From Camelus dromedarius (Eukaryota), in contig NC_087436.1 in NCBI RefSeq assembly GCF_036321535.1, positions 14,570,001-14,634,000 of the forward strand: a stretch of 64,000 nucleotides of DNA, read 5' to 3'. The notes below the pieces were generated by a model, which did not search any database, was not told the DNA's origin, and worked only from the letters and a program-made list of their open reading frames with translations. Of the stretch, positions 51,422 through 63,415 are shown piece after piece; the first letter of the stretch is position 1; every line of letters begins with the position of its first letter. Made by a program: the position numbers and the translations under genes.

Positions 51422-53789
51422 GAATAATTTCTCACAGGATACTGTAAGTGGCAATGTAGTGTTTTAAATAAAAGTTTAAAAAATATAATAGTGTTAATTA
51501 GATAAGCTTCTATTTGATAGATTTTACTTTAAGGGAACTATTGAAGTTAGCGTGTGTTTACTTATTTGTATAAATTTGGGCATTGAAGAAGGATGCCCTG
51601 ACCTGCAGGGTTGTGTTTGTAGATTTCACATCTTTTAGAATACTGTGTAACAGAATGGTCACCTTATTTCTTAGAGAAGTAGAAATTAATTCAGTAGTAA
51701 TAGATTGTTAAATTTTTTAAAACAAGTTTTTGATAGAGTTGCATGCAATTAAGAGGGAAAGCACAACTCTGAAAAGGAGTTAATTTATTAAAAAAATCAT
51801 GATGCTTAATGTCATTTGTGAGCAATATTGTATTTACCTCTTTATAAACATTTCTTTAGCTAGACGAATGTAACTATTAACTTTTTCCCCCCTAAATAGT
51901 AGTATGTTTCTTTGTCAGTTAGTTCTTAAAGCTTTATCTTTGTTGATTTGCCTTCTGCCTCCATCTGTATACAACCTAAGAATCAATAGTACATTGAATT
52001 AGCTGACATGGAAGGAAAAATAATAAATAGCGAAAATAGCATTTATTACTTAGATTCTATTTCAGTTATAACTAATAGAAGATCCAGAGGGTATTGGTAA
52101 GGAATTAGGGAAATGAAGTTATTTCACGAGTAGTAATCTACACTTTTGGATTCTTTATTTCATGGTTTTATTTAGAATTGACATTGATGCTGAGTAGCTA
52201 GTAAAATAACTGATTTTCATTAACAGCAGTATGCATTTGGTGGGGATTTTTATTGATGGATTTCTGTAATATTAGACACAATGATTTATTTAAAGGCTTT
52301 GTTAATTATGAAGCTAATAAGAACTTCAGATTATTATGGGCACACTATACATTTGTTGACAATATAAACTGCATGAGGTTTTTAATGCTCAGTACATTGT
52401 TCTTACATTAGGATAATGTATTAATTTTCCATTACCTTGCTAAGCTTCCCAGTCTTGCATATTTGCTAGGAGGAGTGCATCAGTAGCAATAAAACCTTTT
52501 CCCCCAACGTGTCTGACATGCCTCTGAAAATCTGACACAACAGAGCTACAGCTAGATTTTAGAAGTTCTTTTGTTAAATCATATAAGAAACTTAAATCGA
52601 GAGTACTTCACATTTTCCACATAAGGTGCTCTTTCGATGAATAGCTGTGTAGCAGCAGCACAGGAAAAGCAGAGTTCTTGGCAATACCAGCTCAATTGCA
52701 TCTGCAGATGAGGATTTAAAATTCTGTGCAGCAGACAGTACCTCCAGCAGGCGAGTAAAAGGTTACTGCATTATTTTGCTTGTTTGTTTCCATAGGCTTT
52801 ATCTACAAAAGGTTTTTAAAAAATTCAATGTGAAGTGCATGCCTGTTTATAGATATTCTGGAAATTGATTTAAGTATAACATGACTATCAAAAGGGCAGT
52901 GCAAGGTGAAGGAAGAGGCAATACTGGCTCTTTTTAAATTTAAACCAAAGAAAAAATTGAGCATGAGGCATACACAAATAACCTTTCAATGCCACAGAAA
53001 ACAGGAAGTTTTAAAATACACATTTTAATTCAAGGCATTTCTTTTTAGTTTTTAGACTATCTTCCTCAAAAAAGGTGCTGTTAAGAAAAACTGCTAATTG
53101 TTGGTCTATGAATGTTCATTAAGTTACAATTATTTGAAGTCTGATTATTTAGGAAGACTATAAAGTATTTGCATTAATGTGATCCTCTCTTGTCCTGGAA
53201 ATTATAATGTGGATTGTAATTATATGGTGTACATAAATATCTTTATACATTATTGGCAAAAGTGGATGCTTAAGTAAAAAAAGATACTAGAATATGGCTA
53301 ACAGACTTAATACTGTTTATATTTTCAAGGTGGCTTGTGTTTTTTGAATCTTTTTAATGAGATGCAGATAATCAGGTAGGAGAAGATTTAGTATCAAAAA
53401 GGCAGGTTTTTGGTGGCTTTTCACCTATCGTCAATACTTATTTATATGGTCACATAGCCCTTCTCATTTTAGCTCTTCTAACGTTTGTAATAGCAGGTGC
53501 CTCCTTGGATTATCTTTTTTACTTACTCCATCATTATCTGCACCATAGTTTTTGCCATAGAATTTTATTGCTCCAAATTTCTGAAGTTTAAGTACAATAT
53601 TCAGAGGGAATTTGTTACTTTGTATATCAACCACTGCCCTGCCCTCTCCCAGCAATACTCAGATTTTTATTAGCTACTGTAAATTTTGATTAAAAAATAA
53701 TTATGCCTATGTTTTTGTATTTTAGATTGAATAATAAGATTGAAAACGATCCTATAAATTAATCTATAATATAAAAGTAAAATCAGTTG

Positions 53790-54410
53790 ATTATTCTTAC
53801 TGTGAGCGTTTGGCAGGGCTTCTTGAATCGTAGAGTCATAAAAGGTCAGCAGTTCTGATTGGTAAGTTAAAGAATCCGTCCAGTAATTTGCTCCCTGTTG
53901 TTTCTCAAAGCAATGCAGCAGCAGTTCTTTTCCAGATATTGAGCGGTTCTTGAACAGTGTGTATGGGGACAGGGAGGGGTGGGGCTCATTCCTGTTGGTT
54001 GTTGGAATTGTGTGCATTTACAGAGGGAACAGGTTGGATAGGCTGAGCTGAAGGAGTAGGCAAACAGATCTAAACTGATGGAGGACAGAAAGAGTGGTTA
54101 GTATAATTTGGGGGTATATTATCTTGAGTCTGCTCCTTTATTAAGTACTTGGGCTTTAATATAAAACAGTTCGAAATATTAAAGCACCTTACCTTCTTTC
54201 TAAAGAGTAGCCGGGAGACTTCTGCTTTCAATATCGAGTTTTTCCTTAGCAATGAGTTTGTGGCTGGTATCTTCTGTAGGGAAGCTGTTGTTTTATTCTT
54301 TTTTAACAGTGTTTCTTTCAGCCAGAGAGCTGCAGAATGAAGCAGTTAGCCAGTTTTGAGTATATAAGGGATGTTACCATTTCTGATTTTTTAAGTTAAA
54401 TTCTTATCTA
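53790..54410 (+). promoter_or_regulatory. Candidate internal (non-CpG-island) promoter
   Basis: AAAGGTCA (53841-53848), inverted CCAAT ctgattgg (53855-53862), GGGAGGGGTGGGG (53972-53984), TATATAAG (54361-54368), and retained CpGs within a ~5-kb TE-poor block. Confidence 0.5.
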
Positions 54411-54563
54411 ATGAGCAAATCAATGTGTGGCTGTAGCTGCAGCGTTATTTCTTCTTTAATGAAGAGGTTGAGCCGTTCGACCTGCTGCTCCGATCTGTTC
54501 TCTTGTAGCAATACATCAGACCAGTTACAGAGATTGTCCATCGAATGTCCCAGGCAACTAAAG
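54390..54563 (+). other. Candidate exon (alternative first exon, or internal exon from acceptor at 54321)
   Basis: Donor AAG|gtaact at 54563/54564; five CpGs in ~105 nt; ATG 54411 opens 51 codons up to the donor; ATG 54545 (MSQATK) is in another frame. The start is inferred from TATA spacing. Confidence 0.55.
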
Positions 54564-56911
54564 GTAACTACATAGATTTATTTCAGATAAAAATATACAA
54601 TTAAAATGGGTGCATTATAACTAGGACCAAATGATTAAAAATAAAAGACCAATTAAAGATGTTCTTAGCAGTTTTCTTGACCTTGCAGTAGCTATCCAAT
54701 ATCATTTTGTCATCATCAGATTGTGTAGCAATGGAAATGCACTGCAGTAATTGATTTTGTAATAGGATCAGGTGATTTACTAGCTGCACTGACAACCACT
54801 TGCTTGCTTGCTCTGAGCTGTGGAGCTCTCTAATGGATGTTATGATTGCCGCCCGGAGTTGCTGTGAGACTGCTGGCCACTTAAAGCAGCAGCGTGTATT
54901 TTTAAAATTAGAATAGTACGTTTTTCTTTTTTGTTTTCTTTGCTTTAAGTTTTGGGTAACCTCAATAATTTTATAGTTAATTTGTGTGCCCCATGAAAAT
55001 TTTAGAGATTATGTATTATTTCATTAAAAATTCATTGGTACCAGTAGCCTTCAATGTAATGAAGTATAATCTCTGTTCCCTCCTCCTAGCTTAGCATCAA
55101 CATATGTATCAACATACTTTTGTACTGATCACGAGAGCATCTCTCTAGAACATAACAGCTTATGTTAATTATCCTGTGTCATCTCAGTGACACAGAATAT
55201 TCTTAACATTTGTAAACTTTATCAGTTTTAAACCCTAACTGTAATTATGATCATGGAATTATGGTAAATCTTGTCCTAATGAGTTGCATTAGAGTTATTT
55301 TGTAGCCTTTTTGATTTTTTGCTTTATTACTGGTTTCATAGGTAATAATAACATTTAGGAAGTCTTGAGTTGGACCAATTCTAAGAAATACTATTGAAAA
55401 CATACTAGCTATTTTAAAGCAATATTTAAGGACATTGCAATTTAAAAACTTAATGGCCAAGATTATGAATTTTCAGTGATTATATTTCAATATTTATTTT
55501 TGCTTTTCTTTTTTAAACAAATAATTGATTGTAAGTATAAAAATTTAAGACCAAAGCTTAAAATAAAATAGAACTAGTATTGTATAGCGAACCATCAGAC
55601 TTGGGTGCCCAAGATTTTGCCTGCTGTAAAGTTCTGCTTAGGGCTGTGCATTAGGAAAGAAAATTATCTCCCCTTTCTATGTTCCTCATCAACTCCTCTG
55701 CCTCTCTATCTAGTACGTAAAATGTTTTGTGCAGAACCTGATTTATAAAAATACTGAGTTCTCTGTCCTTTCCTAATTTATGTTTTTTAACCATGTTTAT
55801 GTTCTTAATAGGATAGAGATGCTAGTTCTTTCAACCACATCTAAAAACATGTACATTAATTATGTTAGTAATTTGCTATAGAAGAAATTGAACGTAACAT
55901 TGCCATTGTGTATGATGGTCAAACCTGTGAAGACAGCTTTTCTATGTGATGAATTGAAATGCTTGCCCTTAGTGTTTGAATCCTTTGTTGTTTCTTGAAA
56001 GATGCGAATGTCACCAGTATCATTCCGTGCTACATTCATATCTACCCTAAATTCTGATACTTAAAACACTAAGTATGGAAGACTATAATATAATTTAAAC
56101 TCTAGTGTTTGTAATCCTTTATTATTCAATAGGTAATGTTTATTAACCCCCACCCCCTCAAAAAAAAACCTCTATGAACACTGATAACATGAACATAAGG
56201 ATTTTAGTATCATATGAGATTTGGTCAAGGGTGTGTTTAAATTTCATATATATTGAAATATTAAATAGTGGATTGCCAACAAATTAATCACTGATATAAG
56301 TTTCTCTGGATGGTGTACATTAAAGCTTTTTTGAAGGGGGGGGTGAGCAAATAGGAGGGAGGGAAGTGAATACCAGAAGTGTTACTACTTTATAAAAAAG
56401 ATTAGTTATAAAAGGTAGAAGATACTATGATCTGTAATTTGACAGTATTTCATGTAAAATAGTCAGTATACTTTGTGAAGTTCTAGTGGAACTGCCTTTT
56501 CTTAAGAGCCCTAGATCAAGCATTAAGCAACCTGGATTTAATCAGACTCTACCTCTACTCTGCTTGATGACCTTGATCAGTTTATGTCTGAACATTTTTA
56601 AGTTTCCTTAAACTTGCATCTAAAGTGTCCGTTAAAAAGAAGTCAACTTACTCATACCAGTGTGAGGTGTTACAATACTTAACTTGGAAGCAAGTTGAAA
56701 GTAGGAGGAAGGATGAAATTTCCTCAAGAATCAGGTTCTAGGTAATATTGAAATGTCTTCTTTCATTTTTCATGTCTTTTTTTTTTTTTTTGAGGCTTGG
56801 GAAGAGGTGCGTGTTTTTGCTAAGAATGCTTATCTATTTTTGTATCCAGTATTGTCTAAATAGGATGGTTATTCTAGATAATTATTCTAGTTTTTAAAAG
56901 AACAAATTTGG

Positions 56912-57000
56912 ATGTCCATGTATGACTGAAAAATTGTGCTGAACACTGGAATTTGACACAACATTGTAAAATGATTATAAATCAATAAAAATGTTAAAAA
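56912..57000 (+). mobile_element. Short young L1 3' end (camelid type)
   Basis: tgtatgactgaaaaattgtgctgaacactggaatttgacacaacattgtaaaatgattataaatcaataaaaatgttaaaaa; TSD aaatttgg (56904-56911 / 57001-57008). Confidence 0.8.
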
Positions 57001-57254
57001 AAATTTGGGATTGAATTCTAGAACTCCCACTTTTTCCTATGCTCTCCAACCAAAAAAAAATTTGTTAAAGAGTTTGTTTCAGTACCTAGCCTATTTTTTA
57101 GTAATCTTTTTTTTCTTTTTTAAGGCATCCTTTATCTTGCTATTGCTCTTTCCATGTGTGGCTTATCAGCTAAGTTGAACATGGTCCTGTTTGTGGCTGG
57201 ACAAAGTGGTTTGTGGGTCGATTTAATTAGATGTGCTCAAAGTAATGATCATGT

Positions 57255-57450
57255 CATAATAATTATAACAAACATTTGTTGAACCCTTAATTTGGACCAG
57301 GTGCTGTACTAAGCACTTCTGTCTTAATTATATCATTTGTGAGATAGGTATTTTTATTGTCATTTTTAAAGATGAGGAAATTGAGTGTCCGAGAGGTTAT
57401 ATAGCCTAAATCACACAGCTAGGAAACAGCAGAACCAATGTTAAAACTTC
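57255..57450 (-). mobile_element. MIR
   Basis: ccaggtgctgtactaagcactt...catttttaaagatgaggaaattgag...cacacagctagg. Confidence 0.75.
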
Positions 57451-57714
57451 TCCTTAAATACATATGTATATACACATATACATACATGCATATATATTTG
57501 TTTTTAAATTGTGATAAAGTACTGTACTTTAGTATACTTTAAAAGTATTTGCACTTTGAACTAAATAGTGACTACAGAAACAAAGGCATTATGTGACTAT
57601 CTAATTTTTGTATCTTGAATAAAAAGGTGATGTACTCACTTGTTCCTCAGCTATTTGGAATATACTTTTCATTGCTGCAGTAATTATTCATTTAAAGCAT
57701 TTGTATTCTGTTCA

Positions 57715-57900
57715 CAGTGATGTTTCTCAAAGTGTGGTTCAGAGATCACGTGCTTCTCTGTCTTTCAGGACGGTAGTTAAAAGCACAGATAGACATCACA
57801 ACCCTCAGACAGAATCACTAAAATGGGATCTCGGGATTTTCACTTTTGAACACTCCACTTAGGTGATTCACACGCACACCAAATTTTAAGAACTGCTGGC
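57715..57900. mobile_element. MER5A-like hAT MITE
   Basis: tttctcaaagtgtggttc...ggtgattc...ttttaagaactgctg. Confidence 0.65.
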
Positions 57901-58009
57901 GTTGAGAATGTGCTCCTGTTTTACCTTTTCTGTCAGCTTTCCTTTCTCAGAGAATTGGTTTACAAAACCATAGGTGATTTGTAAAATCATCTCTCAGACT
58001 CTTAAAAAC

Positions 58010-58720
58010 AGTTTTGATATGGAATGAGCAATCTCATACACTAATGGTGAAATATAAAGTGGGAATGTAAAATTTTTAATGGTAGGCATTTTAAGAATAT
58101 CTTTAAGTAATATTTAAATTGTTCATGAACTTGACTCAGTAAGCCTACTTCTAGGAATTTGTCCTACCAGAAATAAGTCAGATACTTATAGAAAGATTCA
58201 GGCACAAGAATGTTCATACCAGCGTCATTTGTAATTGTGAAAAATCCGAAATAATTCAGTTTCAAACATCAGAGAAATGGTCAAATGAGTTTATTATATT
58301 CATTTATTCGGGCTGCTGTGCAGCCCCAAAATGTCATATTTGGGAAGAATCTTGAAGATGTAGAAGAATGCTCATGATTTAGTATAAATTCTCAGAAGAA
58401 GAATATAAAATTATACTTACACGTCCATACACATGTGGTGCATATGGTATTAGATTGAACCATATGAAATTGCCATTTTTGTAGTTCGAGTGGTTGAATA
58501 CCAGCATTTTCATGGAGTTTAACCTACTATGACATCAGTTTTGAAAATATGTGTTTGTTACACATTGTAGAGGGGGAGACTGGAAGCAAATATAACAAAT
58601 GTATAAAGTGATTATCTTTGGATGATGGGATTTATAGATAATTTAAAGTATTTCTTTTTACACATCTAGATTTTTCAAATTTTCTACTAGGTCTTAGATT
58701 TGACCTTTATAGTAAGGTCA
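58010..58720 (+). mobile_element. L1ME-like 3' end
   Basis: cctacttctaggaatttgtccta...caagaatgttcataccagc...gtgattatctttggatgatgggatt. Confidence 0.7.
58450..58527. mobile_element. MADE2 mariner MITE
   Basis: About 80 bp, palindromic: ttagattgaaccatatgaaattgcc...catggagtttaaccta, flanked by TA on both sides. Confidence 0.8.
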
Positions 58721-59269
58721 AAAGTTGCTAACAAACCCAGTTATTGGAAATAACTGTTAAGCTTCTGTGGCAAGCAGCAAGTATTATTTTTGTAAATCTT
58801 AAAAGGACCTGTCTATACCAGTTCTTACCTCTTTTATTTGCTATTGAGTATATTTATGCAAATGTGCATTTATACCTGTACCCACCTACCAAATTTTGAT
58901 TGGATTGAAATCTGCAATGGAAAATACGCTTTAAGAAAAGAAAGAAAAACATCAATTTTATGTTTTTCTTTATCACTGGGCTCCTAAAGACCAGCGACTA
59001 CTGTATGTAAGAGTTGGTTGGGTAGATACTTTAAGCTAAAAAGCTCTGGTTTAGGTTGTTGCTTAAAATTTTAAGTTGATTAAAAATCATTAAATTTTTA
59101 TAGTTAAATTAATTATAAATAATGCAATTTAATTAATTTATAATGCTAAGTAGATTTTTAAAAAATAGAATCTGTGTATTATCTTAGTTAAAAAAGTTAC
59201 CAAAATATATCTGAAAGGAAGTTTTATCTTCCCACCTTCATATGCCTTGTTTCCTTTAAAAATTATGGC

Positions 59270-59490
59270 TTAATAAGAATAACATCTACCATGTTCTAAT
59301 TATCACCAAACGCCAGATATTGGGTACTTTATATATGTTATCTCTTTTAATCCTCACCTAAAACCTGTTTATTAACTATAAAATTCGTTTTAGAGTTGCA
59401 GCCATTACAAGCTTCCCTGAGATCATGGTAAGTGGTGGATCTAGGTTTTTACTTCACGAGTGTCTAACTTCAAAGCCCATGTTCTTATCC
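59270..59490 (-). mobile_element. MIR fragment
   Basis: ttatctcttttaatcctcac...gtgtctaacttcaaagcccatgttctt. Confidence 0.6.
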
Positions 59491-59639
59491 TTCGTCTTAT
59501 CTGGGACCATCTGAAATTTGGATATGCGTTCATAATTTGGGAAACAAGAAAGACTAGTATAAGCCTTCCTAATTCAGACTATCAAAGAGTGGAGCAAAGT
59601 AGATAATAAGTAATTATTTATGGTTTTTGTTTAGTCATT

Positions 59640-60260
59640 TGTTATCTTCTAATCTGGACGTACATGTGTGATTCTGGTATTTATTGAGAGTCTGCTAATA
59701 GCTAACTTCTTATGCAAACCACTGGAAATCATAAAATGGAGAAGTGAAAAATGGCCTTCTGGGAGTTTACCGTCCTAATTGGGAAAGACAGACAACAAGA
59801 AAGTTAAGGTATTTCAGAACATAGGTATGGAATAGAAGCTGTTGGAACCTTAAGTTGTTAGTTAATTCTTTTGGGGAGTATTGGCGAGAAGTCCTTGGGA
59901 AGCTGTTTTAAAAGACGTGAATTTAGAAGGAGTTGTAGATTTTATTCTTGTCATAGGTCCTAGGAATCTGCATTTTAACAAGCATTCCTGCCCCTTCCAG
60001 TGATCTTTAACTCCAATGACACTGAGAACTCTCACCGTAGGTGGTAGTTGAAGCTATGAGGGTGGATATAATAGTCTGAGGAGGTGTGTAGAATGAGAAA
60101 GGAAAAGTCAGAAACCTAAAAGCAACTGTATTTTAGGGAAGAGAAGGAAAGGCCTGCAAGAAGGAGGAGCGTTTCATAGTTACTGAATTGCTTACATGAA
60201 TTAGGTAACGGGAGATCCTATAGGAGCTGGAAAGAGAATGCATCTAAGGAGAAGCAGGTT
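59640..60260 (-). mobile_element. L2 fragments with an inserted MER5A fragment (~59940-60035)
   Basis: tttattgagagtctgct...gggagtttaccgtcctaattggg; MER5A part ggaatctgcattttaacaagc. Confidence 0.55.
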
Positions 60261-63224
60261 GTCATAGTGAGTTGGGTCTAAAGGCCATAGATTTTAGTCT
60301 TGGATTTACTAGATGTTATCCCTGTGTTCTTTGCCAAGCAAAACCATTACTCTAGGCTTTACAGTACATTGTATCCTGTCCCTTTAAATCAGAACTATGT
60401 GTATCAGGCAGAAAATGACATGAGTAATTGTGGTTTAGTCCTATAGAGGTTTATAGAAAGTAGTTTACTGTGTTACAGCTTTGTCTTGTTGTTGGATCAG
60501 GATGCTGTTAGATTAGATTTGTGTGACAGTTATAATTAATATATAATAAGTGATCTCCTTTAGTGTCTAGGAATAGGATTGGATATGATTTAGATTTTGT
60601 ATAAGTTGGGAATAATCAAGAAAGTAACTGAGGAAGAAGTTATTTGAGGCTGGAAAAGGGCGTGATAGTGATAGAGAAATTTCGAGTGTATCCTTTTTGT
60701 TTCTCTTTTGCTTCCACACTTAAAAGTTTTCCTAATTTTCTAATTTTTTCCCCCAATCCATGTAAGTTGTAAACGTGTAAAATTACAAACTTTGAAGGAA
60801 AAGTCTCAGAATTCTGATTGAGGTTACATTACAGTACTTGGGGGTGGGGGGTGGGGGTAGGGTTGTAATCTTACTCTTTACACCGAAAGTTGTGATTAAT
60901 AGTAAATAAAAATCACAGTGTTACCCTTTTAAAGATAATGTTTCAGAAATAGATTGGTTTAATTTTTTAAAAGAAAAAATAAGTAAGCATAAGGGCAAAG
61001 GTTTATAACATATTGTCTCTACTGTTATAGGCAGTTAATTCCTAAATTTCGGAGTGTTGACTGGTTGTTGAAAGTCATAGGCAGTCCATTCTCTAAAGTA
61101 TCTTTTAAAATTCATTTCTTAAAATCATATCTGGGATAATTTTTAGATATATCTTGGAGTAGCCAAGAAGTCCTTGGTTACTGAAAAATAAAGATAGAAA
61201 TCATTGCTATATGGCCTTTGCTTATTACACATTTTGATACTGACTTTTGCTTTCTCCTTTATCTTTATTCTGTGACTAGAGCTTTATTAAAGAGTGAATT
61301 GAAAAGAAAACTGAATTCTATTATTTCTTGAATCCATAGAGTTGGATTAGGGCAGCTTCCTATTTGTAAGGCTTCATTCATTTACATTGTTTTCCATTCA
61401 AGAATCAATGTCACGTACTTGAGAATCTTCACAAAAGAGAGACCAGTGAGATTAAAGCAGTTGAACCTTTAAGCAGGAGGGAGATGATTAATAGAGCACT
61501 TTTCTGGAGGAAGTATGGTGTAGACAAAATCAAAAGGGCTGATACTAGTCTTGGAAATGATAGGGATCACTTTTTTCTTCACAGAGAGGAGAGAAGGAAG
61601 GAGGAGTCAAGAAACAAAACTTTTTGAGATTGAGAGGTAGAAGATTGACAGGAGCCTAGGTCTGAAATCTTCAGTCATCTCAATGAGGAGAGTAAAATAC
61701 TTAGCAGTGTAAGTTCGAGTTGTTAAATACTTTATTTTATGTAAGACTCTTTAGTTTTGGTTCCTGTTTTCTGTTTTATCACAGTGGAAATTTAATAACT
61801 TTCCGTTTTTGATAACTTTTAGTAACTTATGTTACCAGAGTTAAAATTTGATTAGGATTTGACATTCTTAAAGTATTAATGTTATCTTAGACACATGTTG
61901 CAGAGAGAGATTTAAATGAGGAAGTCAGCTTAGTAAAGTGTATTCTCTGTGACCAATATTGGTAAATACTGTTTTCTCTTTAATAATTTGACATTTTCAT
62001 AAGGGAAATAATCTCAAGTGTGCTGTCTGTGGACTAATAAAAAGATCACTCCTAAGGGGAAAACCTGGATGATTATTGTAAGGAATGTCATCCTCCTTGT
62101 GGCATTTTAAAAAAAAATTTAAAAACTGACTCAAAATATTTGTTTTTTTAGTACATAGTATATAGTAGAATTAATAATTTAGCATAATTTTGAGATCATA
62201 TGTTTTAATTCTGTTAATATAATCTGTATTTTTAAATGTTAATTTCTGGTTTTTGTTTATTCCAAGTATTTCACTCTTAACTATTATTTCTCAAAGCAAA
62301 GATAAAAATGGACAATGATTTGGTTTGACGAAGTAATTCTTAAGTGTTTAACAGCAATAAAGTTTACTTAACCTCTCAGTATACGTTGGTTTTCCCCCCG
62401 TAACAGCAAATACTGAAGAACTTAGACTGGGTCTGAATAAAGCAGGTGGTGACACCGGATTTTGTTAAATACCATAATACTGGCAGTTCTCTTGTAAAGC
62501 AATATATGTGTCTCTGGAAAAAACCTAAAGTTCTGCAAAATCATACCCTAAAAATAGGGACAAGCCACTCAGGCCTATGCAGCTTTGTAATCTCTGTACT
62601 AACAAAACTGGTAACAATTCTCATAAAATTTTGATATAACTAACCATTTGCACCCAACGTCAGTTAGTCTTCTCCTTTGAAATGTAGGTCCACAAGGGCA
62701 TTCAATTCTGTTTAAGATAAATCATCAAAATTAAAAATTCTTATCCAGGATGTAGCCTTCTTTATCTGTCCTCTTCACCACCCCGCCCCCCCCCTCCTTT
62801 TTTACGGTAAACATGCGGAAATATTTTCATGGCTTATTTATACTCACAGCTTGGCCAGATAGTCTGACATTGTAGAAATCCTAGCAGTTCTTGAAGCCGT
62901 TAACCAGCCTCTGCTTGCTCTCTTCCGCAGGATTTTCAGGGGTTTTTTTTCCTTAAGGTCATCATATATTGCTAAGGCTCTTTCTGTGAGAAAGCTCATC
63001 CCTGATGGCTTTAAAACATTACTATGCTGGAGAAAATTCTTTCTGGACCAATGTGACTTTCACATTTTACTGATCTCATCCCTTAATGATGAAAGAATGG
63101 ACTAATTCTCAGTACAGAAACATGTTATGTAGAAAAATAGACAGTTGTCTCTAGCTGTCCCATTGCTGTGTCATCAGTCATGTATTGGACTGTATTTGTG
63201 CACGTTCGTGCTTATATTTATATA

Positions 63225-63415
63225 GTACTGTGTAGTAAAGGAAAAGGGCTTTGGAGTTTGGCCTGGCCAAGTGAATCAAATTTAGGTGACTGAGCTTTGG
63301 TTATGTGAGGATAATACTATCTGGTAGGATTCTTTTGGAGATTGAGATAATTTACGTAAAACATCTAGCACAGTGGTTGGTATATAGCAGATGTTCAACA
63401 AACGTTACTTCCTTT
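63225..63415 (+). mobile_element. MIR
   Basis: gggctttggagt...ggagattgagataatttacgtaaaacatctagcacagtggttggtatatagcagatgttcaacaaacgtta. Confidence 0.75.

Noticed and set aside
52640..52670. miR-15/16/103-like seed (tagcagcagcaca)
   Set aside because: Only the seed-like bases match; I found no mature miRNA match or complementary hairpin arm.
53464..54340. ORF-track ORFs within the TE-poor block (53464-53655, 53670-54017, 54070-54252, 54149-54340)
   Set aside because: No recognisable domains or splice context, and lengths are compatible with chance.
54545..54563. EIF1AD assignment from MSQATK
   Set aside because: A six-residue match only; the following sequence and the phase-1 G do not continue as RKHVV.
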